Assembly (NCBI GenBank): GCA_026692705.1
Contig: JAPLOE010000073.1
Location: forward strand, 4,015-68,014
DNA length: 64,000 nt
Source: Planctomycetota bacterium
Lineage (GTDB): Bacteria; Planctomycetota; UBA1135; GCA-002686595
Direction of reading: 5' to 3'
Each line of letters starts with the position of its first letter. Position 1 is the stretch's first letter. A model generated the notes under the pieces. The model was not told the origin of the DNA and searched no databases. It saw only the letters and a program-made list of their open reading frames with translations. Shown piece after piece: positions 10,390 through 18,363 of this stretch. Both the position numbers and the translations under genes were made by a program.

Positions 10390-10719
10390 CTACGCCTTCG
10401 AGATCTCGGAGACTTCAGCACCGCGATCAACCGCCGCGGTGACGACGCTGACCAGACGCCAGCGCTTGAGCTTGCTCATCGGGCGCGTCGACATGATCTC
10501 GACGACGTCCCCCATCTTCGCCGTGCCGTTCTCGGCGTGGGCGTGGTAGCGCTTGCGCTCGCGGATGTACTTGCCGTACTTGGGGTGGCGGTACATGCGC
10601 TCGACCTGCACGACGATCGTCTTGTCCATCTTGGTGGACACGACCGTGCCGGTCATGGTGCGACGCGGCGTGCGGTCGCTCGTCGGGGTCTGCTCGGTCA
10701 TCTTGGTCTGCTCGGTCAT
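10390..10719 (-). CDS. rpsQ: 30S ribosomal protein S17
   Basis: 109 aa with ...[42 protein letters not shown]... The start may be the second in-frame ATG (10701). Confidence 0.93.
   Translation of the reverse strand: MTEQTKMTEQTPTSDRTPRRTMTGTVVSTKMDKTIVVQVERMYRHPKYGKYIRERKRYHAHAENGTAKMGDVVEIMSTRPMSKLKRWRLVSVVTAAVDRGAEVSEISKA
10687..10719 (-). repeat. Tandem 18-nt duplication that includes the rpsQ start codon
   Basis: The minus strand reads ATGACCGAGCAGACCAAG ATGACCGAGCAGACCCCG ([12 protein letters not shown]), with 15 of 18 nt identical. Confidence 0.8.
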
Positions 10720-10937
10720 GACTTGTGGCCACCGTTCTTGGCCCCAGCCGCGTGGACGCGCTGGTTCAGGATGGTCTTGATGCGTGCGACCGCCCGGCGT
10801 GCCTCGCGGATGCGCGAGGGGTTGGCCGAGTTCTCGGTCGTGGACTTGAAGCGCAGGCCGAAGAGCTCCTTCTCGAGGTTCTTCAGCTCGAACTCCAGCT
10901 CACCGTCGGTCTTGCCGCGGATCTCGTCGATCTTCAT
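10716..10937 (-). CDS. rpmC: 50S ribosomal protein L29
   Basis: ATG at 10937 gives MKIDEIRGKTDGELEFELKNLEKELFGLRF...; 73 aa. It has an ATGA overlap with the rpsQ start. Confidence 0.92.
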   Translation of the reverse strand: MKIDEIRGKTDGELEFELKNLEKELFGLRFKSTTENSANPSRIREARRAVARIKTILNQRVHAAGAKNGGHKS

Positions 10938-10975
10938 CTTGGGGACTCCGTTGTCAGTCGCGCTGGGATCGGCGA

Positions 10976-11395
10976 TCAGGTCGTGGGCAGGCGCTTCACC
11001 ATCTTCACCTTGATGGGAAGCTTGTGAGCGATGCGCTTGAACGCGAGCTTGGCCTTGTCCTCGGGGACGCCACCGAGCTCGAACAGGATCGTGCCGGGCT
11101 TGACGACGGCGGCCCAGAACTCGGGCTCGCCCTTGCCGGTGCCCATGCGCGTTTCCGCGGGCTTCGCGGAGATCGGCTTGTGCGGGAAGACGCGGATCCA
11201 GATCTTGCCCTGGCCACCGATCGCGCGGGACGCGGCGACGCGGCCGGCCTCGATCTGGCGCCCGGAGATCCAAGCGGCGTCGAGCGACTGCAGGCCGAAG
11301 TCGCCGAAAGCGACTCGGTGGCCGGCCGTCGCGGTGCCGCGGATACGTCCGCGGTGCACCTTGCGGAACTTGGTACGGTTGGGTTGCATCGCCAT
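10976..11395 (-). CDS. rplP: 50S ribosomal protein L16
   Basis: 139 aa with MAMQPNRTKFRKVHRGRIRGTA...AETRMGTGKGEPEFW... Confidence 0.96.
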   Translation of the reverse strand: MAMQPNRTKFRKVHRGRIRGTATAGHRVAFGDFGLQSLDAAWISGRQIEAGRVAASRAIGGQGKIWIRVFPHKPISAKPAETRMGTGKGEPEFWAAVVKPGTILFELGGVPEDKAKLAFKRIAHKLPIKVKMVKRLPTT

Positions 11396-11419
11396 GGGTC
11401 AGTTCTCCTGCCGGAAGGC

Positions 11420-12166
11420 CTAGGCGCCGGGCTGGGGAGCGAGGGATTCGCGCGAGATGCGGCCACGGCGCGGCGAACGGATGCCGCCTTCACCGCGGGG
11501 CGCCACGCCCGACTGCTGCTGGTAGTCGAGCTTCTGGCCGGGCTCGAGGTCGCCCTTGTAGATCCACACCTTGACGCCGATGACGCCGTAGGTGGTCTTG
11601 GCCAGCGCGGTACCGTAGTCGACGTTCGCGCGGAGCGTCGACAGGGGCACGCGGCCTTCGCGGTCCTTGGCCTGACGCGCCATTTCGGCGCCGCCGAGGC
11701 GGCCGTTGAGCTCGACCTTGCAGCCCTTGGCACCGGCCTGCATGGTCGTCTGGATGGCCTTCTTCATCGCGCGGCGGAACGCCATGCGCTTCTCGAGCGC
11801 CTCGGCGATCACCTCGGCGACGAGCGTCGACTCGAGCTCGGGACGCTTGATCTCGCGCACCGTCAGGTGGACCGTCTGGCCGGCGAGCTTCTGCAGCGAT
11901 TCCTTGAGCAGGTCGACGCGGGCGCCCTTGCGGCCGACGAGCACGCCCGGACGGGCGGTGTGCACGATGACGTTGACCGCGTCGGACGTGCGCTCGATCT
12001 CGACGCGCGGGATGCCGGCGCCCTTGAAGTCCTTGGCGATCGTCTTGCGGATGTGATCGTCCTGGAGCAGCAGCTTGGCGAAGTCCTGCTTGCGCGCGTA
12101 CCAACGCGAACGCCAGGGCTCGATGCTGTTGAGGCGGAAACCGGTCGGGTGAACTTTCTGGCCCAT
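11420..12166 (-). CDS. rpsC: 30S ribosomal protein S3
   Basis: ATG at 12166 gives [24 protein letters not shown]...; 248 aa. Confidence 0.96.
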   Translation of the reverse strand: MGQKVHPTGFRLNSIEPWRSRWYARKQDFAKLLLQDDHIRKTIAKDFKGAGIPRVEIERTSDAVNVIVHTARPGVLVGRKGARVDLLKESLQKLAGQTVHLTVREIKRPELESTLVAEVIAEALEKRMAFRRAMKKAIQTTMQAGAKGCKVELNGRLGGAEMARQAKDREGRVPLSTLRANVDYGTALAKTTYGVIGVKVWIYKGDLEPGQKLDYQQQSGVAPRGEGGIRSPRRGRISRESLAPQPGA

Positions 12167-12167
12167 C

Positions 12168-12605
12168 TCACGCTTCCTTGGAAGGCTTGGCCTTGCGGCG
12201 CTTGGAACCGGCGGCACCCGAAGGGGCGCTCTCGCTCTCGGAGAGCACGACGGTCAGGTGGGCGGTCATCTTCTTGAACGGCATCGCGCGGCCCTGGGGA
12301 CCCGGGCGGAAGCGCATGCGACCCTGCAGCATCGGACCGTCGTCCGCGCGGCAATCGGTGATCACCAGCGCGTTGACGTTGACGCCCTCGTCCTTGTCGC
12401 TGGCATTCGCCATCGCCGAACGGACGAGCTTGATGTAGTACTCCGAGGCGCGCTTGTGCTGGAACTGCAGCACTTCGAGCGCATCGTTGACACCGCGGCC
12501 GCGGATGAGATCCGCCACCAGCCGCGCCTTGCGCGCCGTGATGCGCGCGAAGCGGTGCTTCGCGAGGAACTTCTTCGCCTCGACTGACTTGTTCGTTGCA
12601 GCCAT
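12168..12605 (-). CDS. rplV: 50S ribosomal protein L22
   Basis: 145 aa with ...[34 protein letters not shown]... Confidence 0.94.
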   Translation of the reverse strand: MAATNKSVEAKKFLAKHRFARITARKARLVADLIRGRGVNDALEVLQFQHKRASEYYIKLVRSAMANASDKDEGVNVNALVITDCRADDGPMLQGRMRFRPGPQGRAMPFKKMTAHLTVVLSESESAPSGAAGSKRRKAKPSKEA

Positions 12606-12611
12606 GGTGCG

Positions 12612-12905
12612 TCAGCTCCGGGCGGGGGCGGCCTTGTCGGCTTCCTTCTTGTTGGTGTGACCCTTGAACACGCGGGTCGCGGCGAATTCGCCCAGCTTGT
12701 GGCCGACCATGTCCTCGGTGATGAACACCTTGTAGTGGTGGCGGCCGTTGTGGACGAGGAAGGTGAGCCCGACGAAGTCGGGCGTCACGGTCGAGGAACG
12801 GGACCAGGTCGTGATCGGGTCACGCTTGCCCGTCTTGATCTGCGCGGCCACCTTCTTCAGCAGCTTCGCGTCGACGTACGGGCCTTTTTTCAGGCTGCGG
12901 CTCAT
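12612..12905 (-). CDS. rpsS: 30S ribosomal protein S19
   Basis: 97 aa with [19 protein letters not shown]...[28 protein letters not shown]. Confidence 0.96.
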   Translation of the reverse strand: MSRSLKKGPYVDAKLLKKVAAQIKTGKRDPITTWSRSSTVTPDFVGLTFLVHNGRHHYKVFITEDMVGHKLGEFAATRVFKGHTNKKEADKAAPARS

Positions 12906-12917
12906 GGATCAGTGCTC

Positions 12918-13751
12918 CTAGACCTTGTGCCGGCTGCGGACGATGAAGCGGTCAGTCGGGTGGTTCTTCTTGCGCGTCTTCAGGCCCTTGGCCTTCAGAC
13001 CCTTGAAGTTGCAGGGATGGCGACCGCCCTTGGTGCGGCCTTCGCCACCACCGAGCGGGTGGTCGACGGGGTTCATCGTCGTGCCGCGGACGTGCGGGCG
13101 ACGGCCCATGTGGCGGTGGCGACCGGCCTTGCCGATCGACACGTTCTGCCAGTCGAGGTTGCCGATGCGGCCGATCGTGGCGCGGCAGCGGATGTGCACG
13201 CGGCGCACTTCGCCCGACGGCATCAGGATCACGGCCCAGTCGCCTTCCTTGGCGGTCAGCTGGGCGGCGGTGCCGGCGGTGCGGCACATCTGGCCGCCGC
13301 GACCCTCGTGGATCTCGATGTTGTGGATCTCGAGGCCGACGGGGATCAGGCCGAGCGGGAGGCAGTTGCCGACGTTGGGGTCGGCCTTGTCACCGCTCAT
13401 CAGCGTCTGGCCGACGGCCAAGCCCACGGGGGCGAGCACGTAAGCCTTGGCGCCGTCGGCGTAGTGGACGAGCGCGATGTTCGCCGAGCGGTTGGGGTCG
13501 TACTCGATCGAGGCGACCTTGGCCGGGATGGCGTCCTTCTGGCGCTTGAAGTCGACCACGCGGTACATCCGCTTGGAGCCGCCGCCGATGTTGCGGCAGG
13601 TCTGGTGACCGTGGTTGTTGCGACCGCCGCTCTTGCTTTGCGGACGGAGCAGGCTTTCTTCCGGCTTCGAGCGCGTTATCTCTTCCGAGAAGCGCAGGAC
13701 CGAGCCGTGGCGCCGACCAGCAGACGTCGGCTTGTAATTCTTGATGGCCAT
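12918..13751 (-). CDS. rplB: 50S ribosomal protein L2
   Basis: 277 aa with [15 protein letters not shown]...[13 protein letters not shown]... Confidence 0.97.
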   Translation of the reverse strand: MAIKNYKPTSAGRRHGSVLRFSEEITRSKPEESLLRPQSKSGGRNNHGHQTCRNIGGGSKRMYRVVDFKRQKDAIPAKVASIEYDPNRSANIALVHYADGAKAYVLAPVGLAVGQTLMSGDKADPNVGNCLPLGLIPVGLEIHNIEIHEGRGGQMCRTAGTAAQLTAKEGDWAVILMPSGEVRRVHIRCRATIGRIGNLDWQNVSIGKAGRHRHMGRRPHVRGTTMNPVDHPLGGGEGRTKGGRHPCNFKGLKAKGLKTRKKNHPTDRFIVRSRHKV

Positions 13752-13769
13752 GGTGGATGTGCTCCTCGC

Positions 13770-14060
13770 TTAGAGGATCTCGATTGTCTGGCCCTGGGCG
13801 ATCGTCACCATCGCGCGCTTCCAGGCCTGGGACGTACCCGAGACCCAGCCGCGGCGGACAGGCTTCGCACGCTTGGTCAGCGTGTTGACCTTGGTGACCT
13901 TGACGTTGAAGAGCTTCTCCACCGCGCGCTTGATCTCGACCTTGTTGGCGTCGACCGGAACGCGGAAGTGGTAGGCGTTGCGACCGCCGGTGTCGTAGGT
14001 CGCCTTCTCGGAGAGGACGGGCTTCTGGATGATCGAGTAGAAACGATCGAGGCTGGTCAC
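13770..14060 (-). CDS. rplW: 50S ribosomal protein L23
   Basis: GTG at 14060 gives (M)TSLDRFYSIIQKPVLSEKAT...; 96 aa. It has a GTGA overlap with the rplD stop. The track ORF is over-extended. Confidence 0.9.
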   Translation of the reverse strand: MTSLDRFYSIIQKPVLSEKATYDTGGRNAYHFRVPVDANKVEIKRAVEKLFNVKVTKVNTLTKRAKPVRRGWVSGTSQAWKRAMVTIAQGQTIEIL

Positions 14061-14692
14061 GCGGCACCTCCGGTCTTGCCACCGACGCGCTGGGCGAGAG
14101 CGTCGAGCGCGGCTGCCTCGGCGAGGATCAGGCCGCCGTTGAGGACGTCGTGCGCGCACAGGTCCACGGCGAGGCGGACCTCGACGCGCGGGAAGTTGCG
14201 GAACGACTTGAACACGTTCTCGTTGGGCTGCGCGAGCACGATCGTCAGGCGACGCGGCGTGCCGGCGCTGGCGAGCACGGCGCGCGCGCTCTTGGCGGAC
14301 GGCCCAGAGAAGCTCGAGCCGTCGAACAGCGCGACCTCGCCATCGCCGAACTTGCCGCACAGCGCGCTGCGCAGCGCGACGCGGCGCTGCTGGGCGGGCA
14401 TGTGGAAGCTGTAGTCGCGCGGGCGCGGACCGAAGGTCGTGCCACCCTTGCGCCAGATCGGCGACTTCTTGTCGCCGGCGCGCGCGCGGCCGGTGTGCTT
14501 CTGCTTCCAGGGCTTCTTGCCCGAGAAGGAGATTTCGCTGCGGATCTTGGTCTTGACCGTGCCCTGGCGCTGGTTCGCCTTGAACATGTCCACCGCGTTC
14601 TTGAGGAGGCGGTAGAAGACCTTGTCGCCGAAGGCGCCCGCGTCGAAGTCCTGCTTCTGCGCGTTGCCCTTGCCGTAGACGTTGAGTTGCAT
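14057..14692 (-). CDS. rplD: 50S ribosomal protein L4
   Basis: 211 aa with ...SGKKPWKQKHTGRARAGDKKSPIWRKGGTTFGPRPRDY... Confidence 0.95.
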   Translation of the reverse strand: MQLNVYGKGNAQKQDFDAGAFGDKVFYRLLKNAVDMFKANQRQGTVKTKIRSEISFSGKKPWKQKHTGRARAGDKKSPIWRKGGTTFGPRPRDYSFHMPAQQRRVALRSALCGKFGDGEVALFDGSSFSGPSAKSARAVLASAGTPRRLTIVLAQPNENVFKSFRNFPRVEVRLAVDLCAHDVLNGGLILAEAAALDALAQRVGGKTGGAA

Positions 14693-14712
14693 GGATGGAC
14701 CCCTGTAGAGCG

Positions 14713-15351
14713 CTAGGCCTTGGCCTTGCGGGCGGTCTTGGCGGTCTGGACCATCACGAAGCCGTCGTTGTGGCCCGGAACCGAGCCCTCGACGAAGAGC
14801 AGATTGCGCTCGGCGTCGACACGGACGACCTTGAGATTCTTCTGGGTGCAGCGCTCGACGCCGTAGTGGCCGCCCATGCGCTTGCCCTTGGGCAGCTTGC
14901 CGATGCGGCGGCTGGCGATCGAACCCGGCGCGCGGACGTTCATCGAGCCGTGCGTCTCAGGACCGCGGTTGAAGCCGTGGCGCTTGATCGTGCCGGCGAA
15001 GCCGCGACCCTTGGTGGTGCCGATGACGTCGACGACGTCACCTTCCTTGAAGATGTCGCACTTGATCACGTCCCCCACGGCCAGCTTGGCCGGGGCGGCG
15101 AAGCGTTCCTCGCGGAGGAAGCGCTTGGGCGCCACGTTGATCTTCTTGAATTGGCCGAGCTGCGGCTTGGCGACGAGCCGGTCAGGCTTGTCCTCGAAGC
15201 CGAGCTGGACGGCGTCATAGCCGTCGTTGGCCTTGGTGCGGACCTGCGAAACGACACAGGGCCCTGCCTCGACGACCGTCACGCCCACTAGCGTGCCGTC
15301 GGCGAGGAAGAACTGCGTCATCCCGCGCTTGCGTCCCAGGATCAGCGTCAT
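14713..15351 (-). CDS. rplC: 50S ribosomal protein L3
   Basis: ATG at 15351 gives MTLILGRKRGMTQFFLADGTLVGVTVVEAGPC...; 212 aa. The track ORF is over-extended by 47 codons. Confidence 0.95.
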   Translation of the reverse strand: MTLILGRKRGMTQFFLADGTLVGVTVVEAGPCVVSQVRTKANDGYDAVQLGFEDKPDRLVAKPQLGQFKKINVAPKRFLREERFAAPAKLAVGDVIKCDIFKEGDVVDVIGTTKGRGFAGTIKRHGFNRGPETHGSMNVRAPGSIASRRIGKLPKGKRMGGHYGVERCTQKNLKVVRVDAERNLLFVEGSVPGHNDGFVMVQTAKTARKAKA

Positions 15352-15566
15352 GATGCTTGGAACCTTCGAATGAAGGGTGCCGGTTCGACCGTGGAGCGCC
15401 CCACACTGGGTTGCTCCAACGCACGGCCACGCGGCGGAAAAGTTGATGGTTGGTAGGGAGAGCAACGAACGCTTGGCAACGGCCGCGGCCACGGCGACTC
15501 AGCTCTGGGCTGGCCGTCGCGTCTTGGGCGTTGAGGAAAGGTCCGTTCGATTACTTGCAGGTCGGG

Positions 15567-15589
15567 CGCACTGGCTAGCAGCCAGTGCG
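15567..15589 (-). promoter_or_regulatory. Perfect 10-bp stem hairpin inside the 315-nt rpsJ-rplC spacer
   Basis: CGCACTGGCT-agc-AGCCAGTGCG has no mismatch and no following U-run. A second hairpin, CGGCGG-cct-CCGCCG, lies about 30 nt toward rpsJ. Function is unknown. Confidence 0.35.
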
Positions 15590-15666
15590 ACTCCCACGCG
15601 CTGCCGTATCCAGCTTCCGCGGCGGAGGCCGCCGTCAGCGCTGGACGCGCAACGCGCTCGAGGCCG

Positions 15667-15975
15667 TCAGGCCTTGATGCGGATGTCCACCCCTGCAGGC
15701 ATGTTCAGGCTGGAGAGAGCGTCCACCGTTTGGCTGGTGGGCTCCGAGATGTAGATCAGACGCTTGTGCGTCCGGATCTCGAACTGTTCGCGCGACTTCT
15801 TGTCGATGAAGGGCGAGCGCAACACGGTGTAGCGCTCGATGCAGGTCGGCAGCGGGATGGGGCCAGCGACGCGGGCGCCGGTGCGCTTCGCGGTGTCGAC
15901 GATCTCGAGGCACGACTGGTCGAGCGCCTCGTGGTCGTACGCTTCCATCCGGATCTGGATCTTGTCCTTCATCAT
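15667..15975 (-). CDS. rpsJ: 30S ribosomal protein S10
   Basis: 102 aa with [22 protein letters not shown]...[22 protein letters not shown]... Confidence 0.96.
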   Translation of the reverse strand: MMKDKIQIRMEAYDHEALDQSCLEIVDTAKRTGARVAGPIPLPTCIERYTVLRSPFIDKKSREQFEIRTHKRLIYISEPTSQTVDALSSLNMPAGVDIRIKA

Positions 15976-16094
15976 GGCTTTGGCTTGTCGAGGGGGGCCC
16001 AGGGTGTTGCGGTGACCCGCTCCCCCCCAAGTGAGGCTCGAGTGCCACGGGCGCTCCGTCGTTCGGGGCGTTCGGTGGAATTCGAGGGCGAGGC

Positions 16095-16123
16095 AAGTTA
16101 TCAGCGCCCCCCACCCTCGTCAA
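16095..16123 (-). promoter_or_regulatory. Candidate sigma70-type promoter of the S10 operon
   Basis: The minus strand reads TTGACG (16123-16118), a 17-nt spacer, then TAACTT (16100-16095). This is about 115 nt upstream of the rpsJ ATG, with an AT-richer tract upstream (AAGTTTCTTGAT, A7). It has the same architecture as three other candidates in this window. Confidence 0.45.
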
Positions 16124-16249
16124 CGGCCCGGATCAAGAAACTTGGCGAGCGTCCAGCGTTTTTTTCGGGGAGCGGGGCCCGCCGGAGCGGCGAGCCGGCC
16201 TCCGGAGGGCCAGTTGCAGCGCCTCCAGGGCCGCGAAAACGCGCTTGGG

Positions 16250-18328
16250 TCAGCTCCAGACCAGCCCGCGGGTGACGAGCTCGCCCTCGGGCACCGTGCG
16301 GAAGCCCGCGGGCAGCATCGAGAAGCTGGCGCGGCCCTGGGAGAGCGAGCGCACCGCGGTGGCGTAGCCGAACATGGCCGACAGCGCCACCGTGCCGCGC
16401 ACGACGCGCAGCGGTCCGGCGCTCTCGACGCCGGTGACCTCGGCCCGGCGCGCGTTGAGGTCGGCGAGGATCCCGCTCGAGAATTCCGAGGGGCTCTCGA
16501 TCTCGAAGCTCATCAGCGGCTCGAGCAGGTCGACCTCGGCCGCCTCGCTGGCCTGGCGCAGCGCGATCGCCGCCGCCTGCACGAAACCGGCCTCGGTGTC
16601 CTCCTTGGCACGGCTCTCCCCACCGGTGACGACGATGCGCGCGCCGACCATCGGGAAGCCGAAGCGCGGGCCCACCTGCGCGCTGTCGGAGAGTGCCTGC
16701 GCGACCGCGGGACGCAGCGCCTGCGGCACGGCGACACCCGGCGCCCACTCGATGCGCACGCCGCTTTCGCCCTCGGGCACCGCGGAAAGCTCGAGTTCCA
16801 CCGCGCCAAACACGTTGTGGCCGTTGAGCGAACGCTCGACGCGACCGCTGCCGCGCGAAGGGGCGGCGCCCGCGCGCGGGGTCTCGCGGTAGTTCACGCG
16901 CGGACGACCCATGCTCGCGTCGACGTGGTGCTCGCGCTGCAGGCGGTGCAGCAGCACCTCGAGGTGCAGCTCCCCCATCCCGCTGACCAGCCACTGGCCG
17001 CTGGACTCGTCTTCCTTCTGGTGGAAGGTCGGGTCCTCGCGCTCGAGGCGCTCGAGCGCGATCCGCAGCTTCTCCCGGTCGAGCGTCGAGCGCGGCTCGA
17101 GCACCATCGAGATCACCGGCTCGGGCGCGACCAGCGTCTCGAGCAGGATGCTCGCGTGCTCGTCGCACAGCGTGTCGCCGGTCGTGACGTGCTTGAGCCC
17201 GGTGACCGCGACGATCTCGCCCGGCCCCGCGGAGTCGACTTGCGTGCGCTGGTCGGCGTGGATGCGCAGCAGCCTGCCCGGGCGCTCGTGGCGGCCCGTG
17301 CGCGGATTGGAGAGGTGCGCGCCGGACTTCAGGATTCCGCTGTAAACCCGCACGAAATGCAGGTCTCCGTGAGCCTCCGCGTGGATCTTGAAGGCCAGCG
17401 CGCACAGCGGCGCCGACGGATCCGCGGCACGCTCGACGAGCGCTCCACTCTTGGGATCGCGCCCCTTGACCGGCGGGACGTCGAGCGGCGACGGCAGCCA
17501 GTCGACGATCGCGTCGAGCACGGGCTCGATGCCGATCGAACGCAGCGCGGCTCCGCACAGCACCGGCAGGAGGTGCTGCGCGAGCACCGCACGGCGCAAC
17601 GCCGCACGCAGTTCCTCGGCCGCGGGCTCGCGCCCCTCGAGCACCGCCGTCATCAGCCCGTCGTCGGTGTCCGCCAGCGCGTCCACGAGCTCCGAGCGCA
17701 GCACGCCGACCTCGTCCGCGAGCGCCTTGGGCAGCGGCACCTCCAGCGGCGGATCCTCGGGATTCGCATGGCCGTGCATGTAGTCGAGCGCACGCCGCTC
17801 GAGCAGGTCGACGACACCGACCAGCTGGCCGTCCTCGAACCACGGGTACTGCACCGGCACCGGGTTCGCGCCCAGCCGCCGCCGCAGGCTCTGCACCGCC
17901 GCGAGGAAGTCGGCGCCCGCGCGGTCGCACTTGTTGACGAAGGCGATCGCCGGCACGTGGTGGCGGCGCATCTGGCGCCAGACGGTCTCCGACTGCGCCT
18001 GCACGCCCGCGACGGCGTCGATCACGAGCACGGCTCCGTCGAGCACGCGCAGCGAGCGCTCGACCTCGATGCCGAAGTCGACGTGCCCAGGGGTGTCGAT
18101 CAGGTTGATCGAGTGCTCACGCCAGGGCAGCGTGGTCGCCGCCGCGGTGATCGTGATGCCGCGCTCGCGCTCCTCGGGCAGGTAGTCCAGCGTGGCCGTG
18201 CACTCGTCGACCTCGCCGATGCGGTGCTCGACGCCGCTCACGAACAGCAGGCGCTCCGACACCGTGGTCTTGCCCGCGTCGATGTGCGCCGCGACTCCGA
18301 TGTTGCGGATGCGCGCGAGGTCGGTCAT
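16250..18328 (-). CDS. fusA: Elongation factor G family GTPase, divergent (EF-G paralogue-like)
   Basis: 692 aa. It has G1 AHIDAGKTT, G2 ERERGITI, G3 DTPGHVDF and G4 NKCD, plus GMGELHLEV and a C-terminal FGYATAVRSLSQGRASFSM. At the domain IV tip it reads GGESRAKEDTEAGF where canonical EF-G has GSYHDVDSSEMAF. Confidence 0.85.
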   Translation of the reverse strand: MTDLARIRNIGVAAHIDAGKTTVSERLLFVSGVEHRIGEVDECTATLDYLPEERERGITITAAATTLPWREHSINLIDTPGHVDFGIEVERSLRVLDGAVLVIDAVAGVQAQSETVWRQMRRHHVPAIAFVNKCDRAGADFLAAVQSLRRRLGANPVPVQYPWFEDGQLVGVVDLLERRALDYMHGHANPEDPPLEVPLPKALADEVGVLRSELVDALADTDDGLMTAVLEGREPAAEELRAALRRAVLAQHLLPVLCGAALRSIGIEPVLDAIVDWLPSPLDVPPVKGRDPKSGALVERAADPSAPLCALAFKIHAEAHGDLHFVRVYSGILKSGAHLSNPRTGRHERPGRLLRIHADQRTQVDSAGPGEIVAVTGLKHVTTGDTLCDEHASILLETLVAPEPVISMVLEPRSTLDREKLRIALERLEREDPTFHQKEDESSGQWLVSGMGELHLEVLLHRLQREHHVDASMGRPRVNYRETPRAGAAPSRGSGRVERSLNGHNVFGAVELELSAVPEGESGVRIEWAPGVAVPQALRPAVAQALSDSAQVGPRFGFPMVGARIVVTGGESRAKEDTEAGFVQAAAIALRQASEAAEVDLLEPLMSFEIESPSEFSSGILADLNARRAEVTGVESAGPLRVVRGTVALSAMFGYATAVRSLSQGRASFSMLPAGFRTVPEGELVTRGLVWS

Positions 18329-18363
18329 GTGCGCATCCTAGCCCCGTCGGGGTAGCCGCCCTG

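Noticed and set aside
16159-16165. T7 run (plus strand) in the fusA-rpsJ spacer as an intrinsic terminator
   Set aside because: No stable hairpin precedes it on the plus strand. On the transcribed minus strand it is an A-run. It is more plausibly part of an AT-rich upstream element of the candidate S10 promoter.
16031-18355. 774-aa ORF antisense to EF-G. The same class includes 49636..53070 (antisense to secDF), 38495..39745 (antisense to the PLP enzyme), 43382..44623, 45680..47002, 42066..43691, 54222..56243, 58978..61974 and 59598..62021
   Set aside because: All are shadow or out-of-frame ORFs over well-supported genes. Their translations are Arg/Ala/Gly/Pro-rich without motifs. Long stop-free alternative frames are expected at this GC content.
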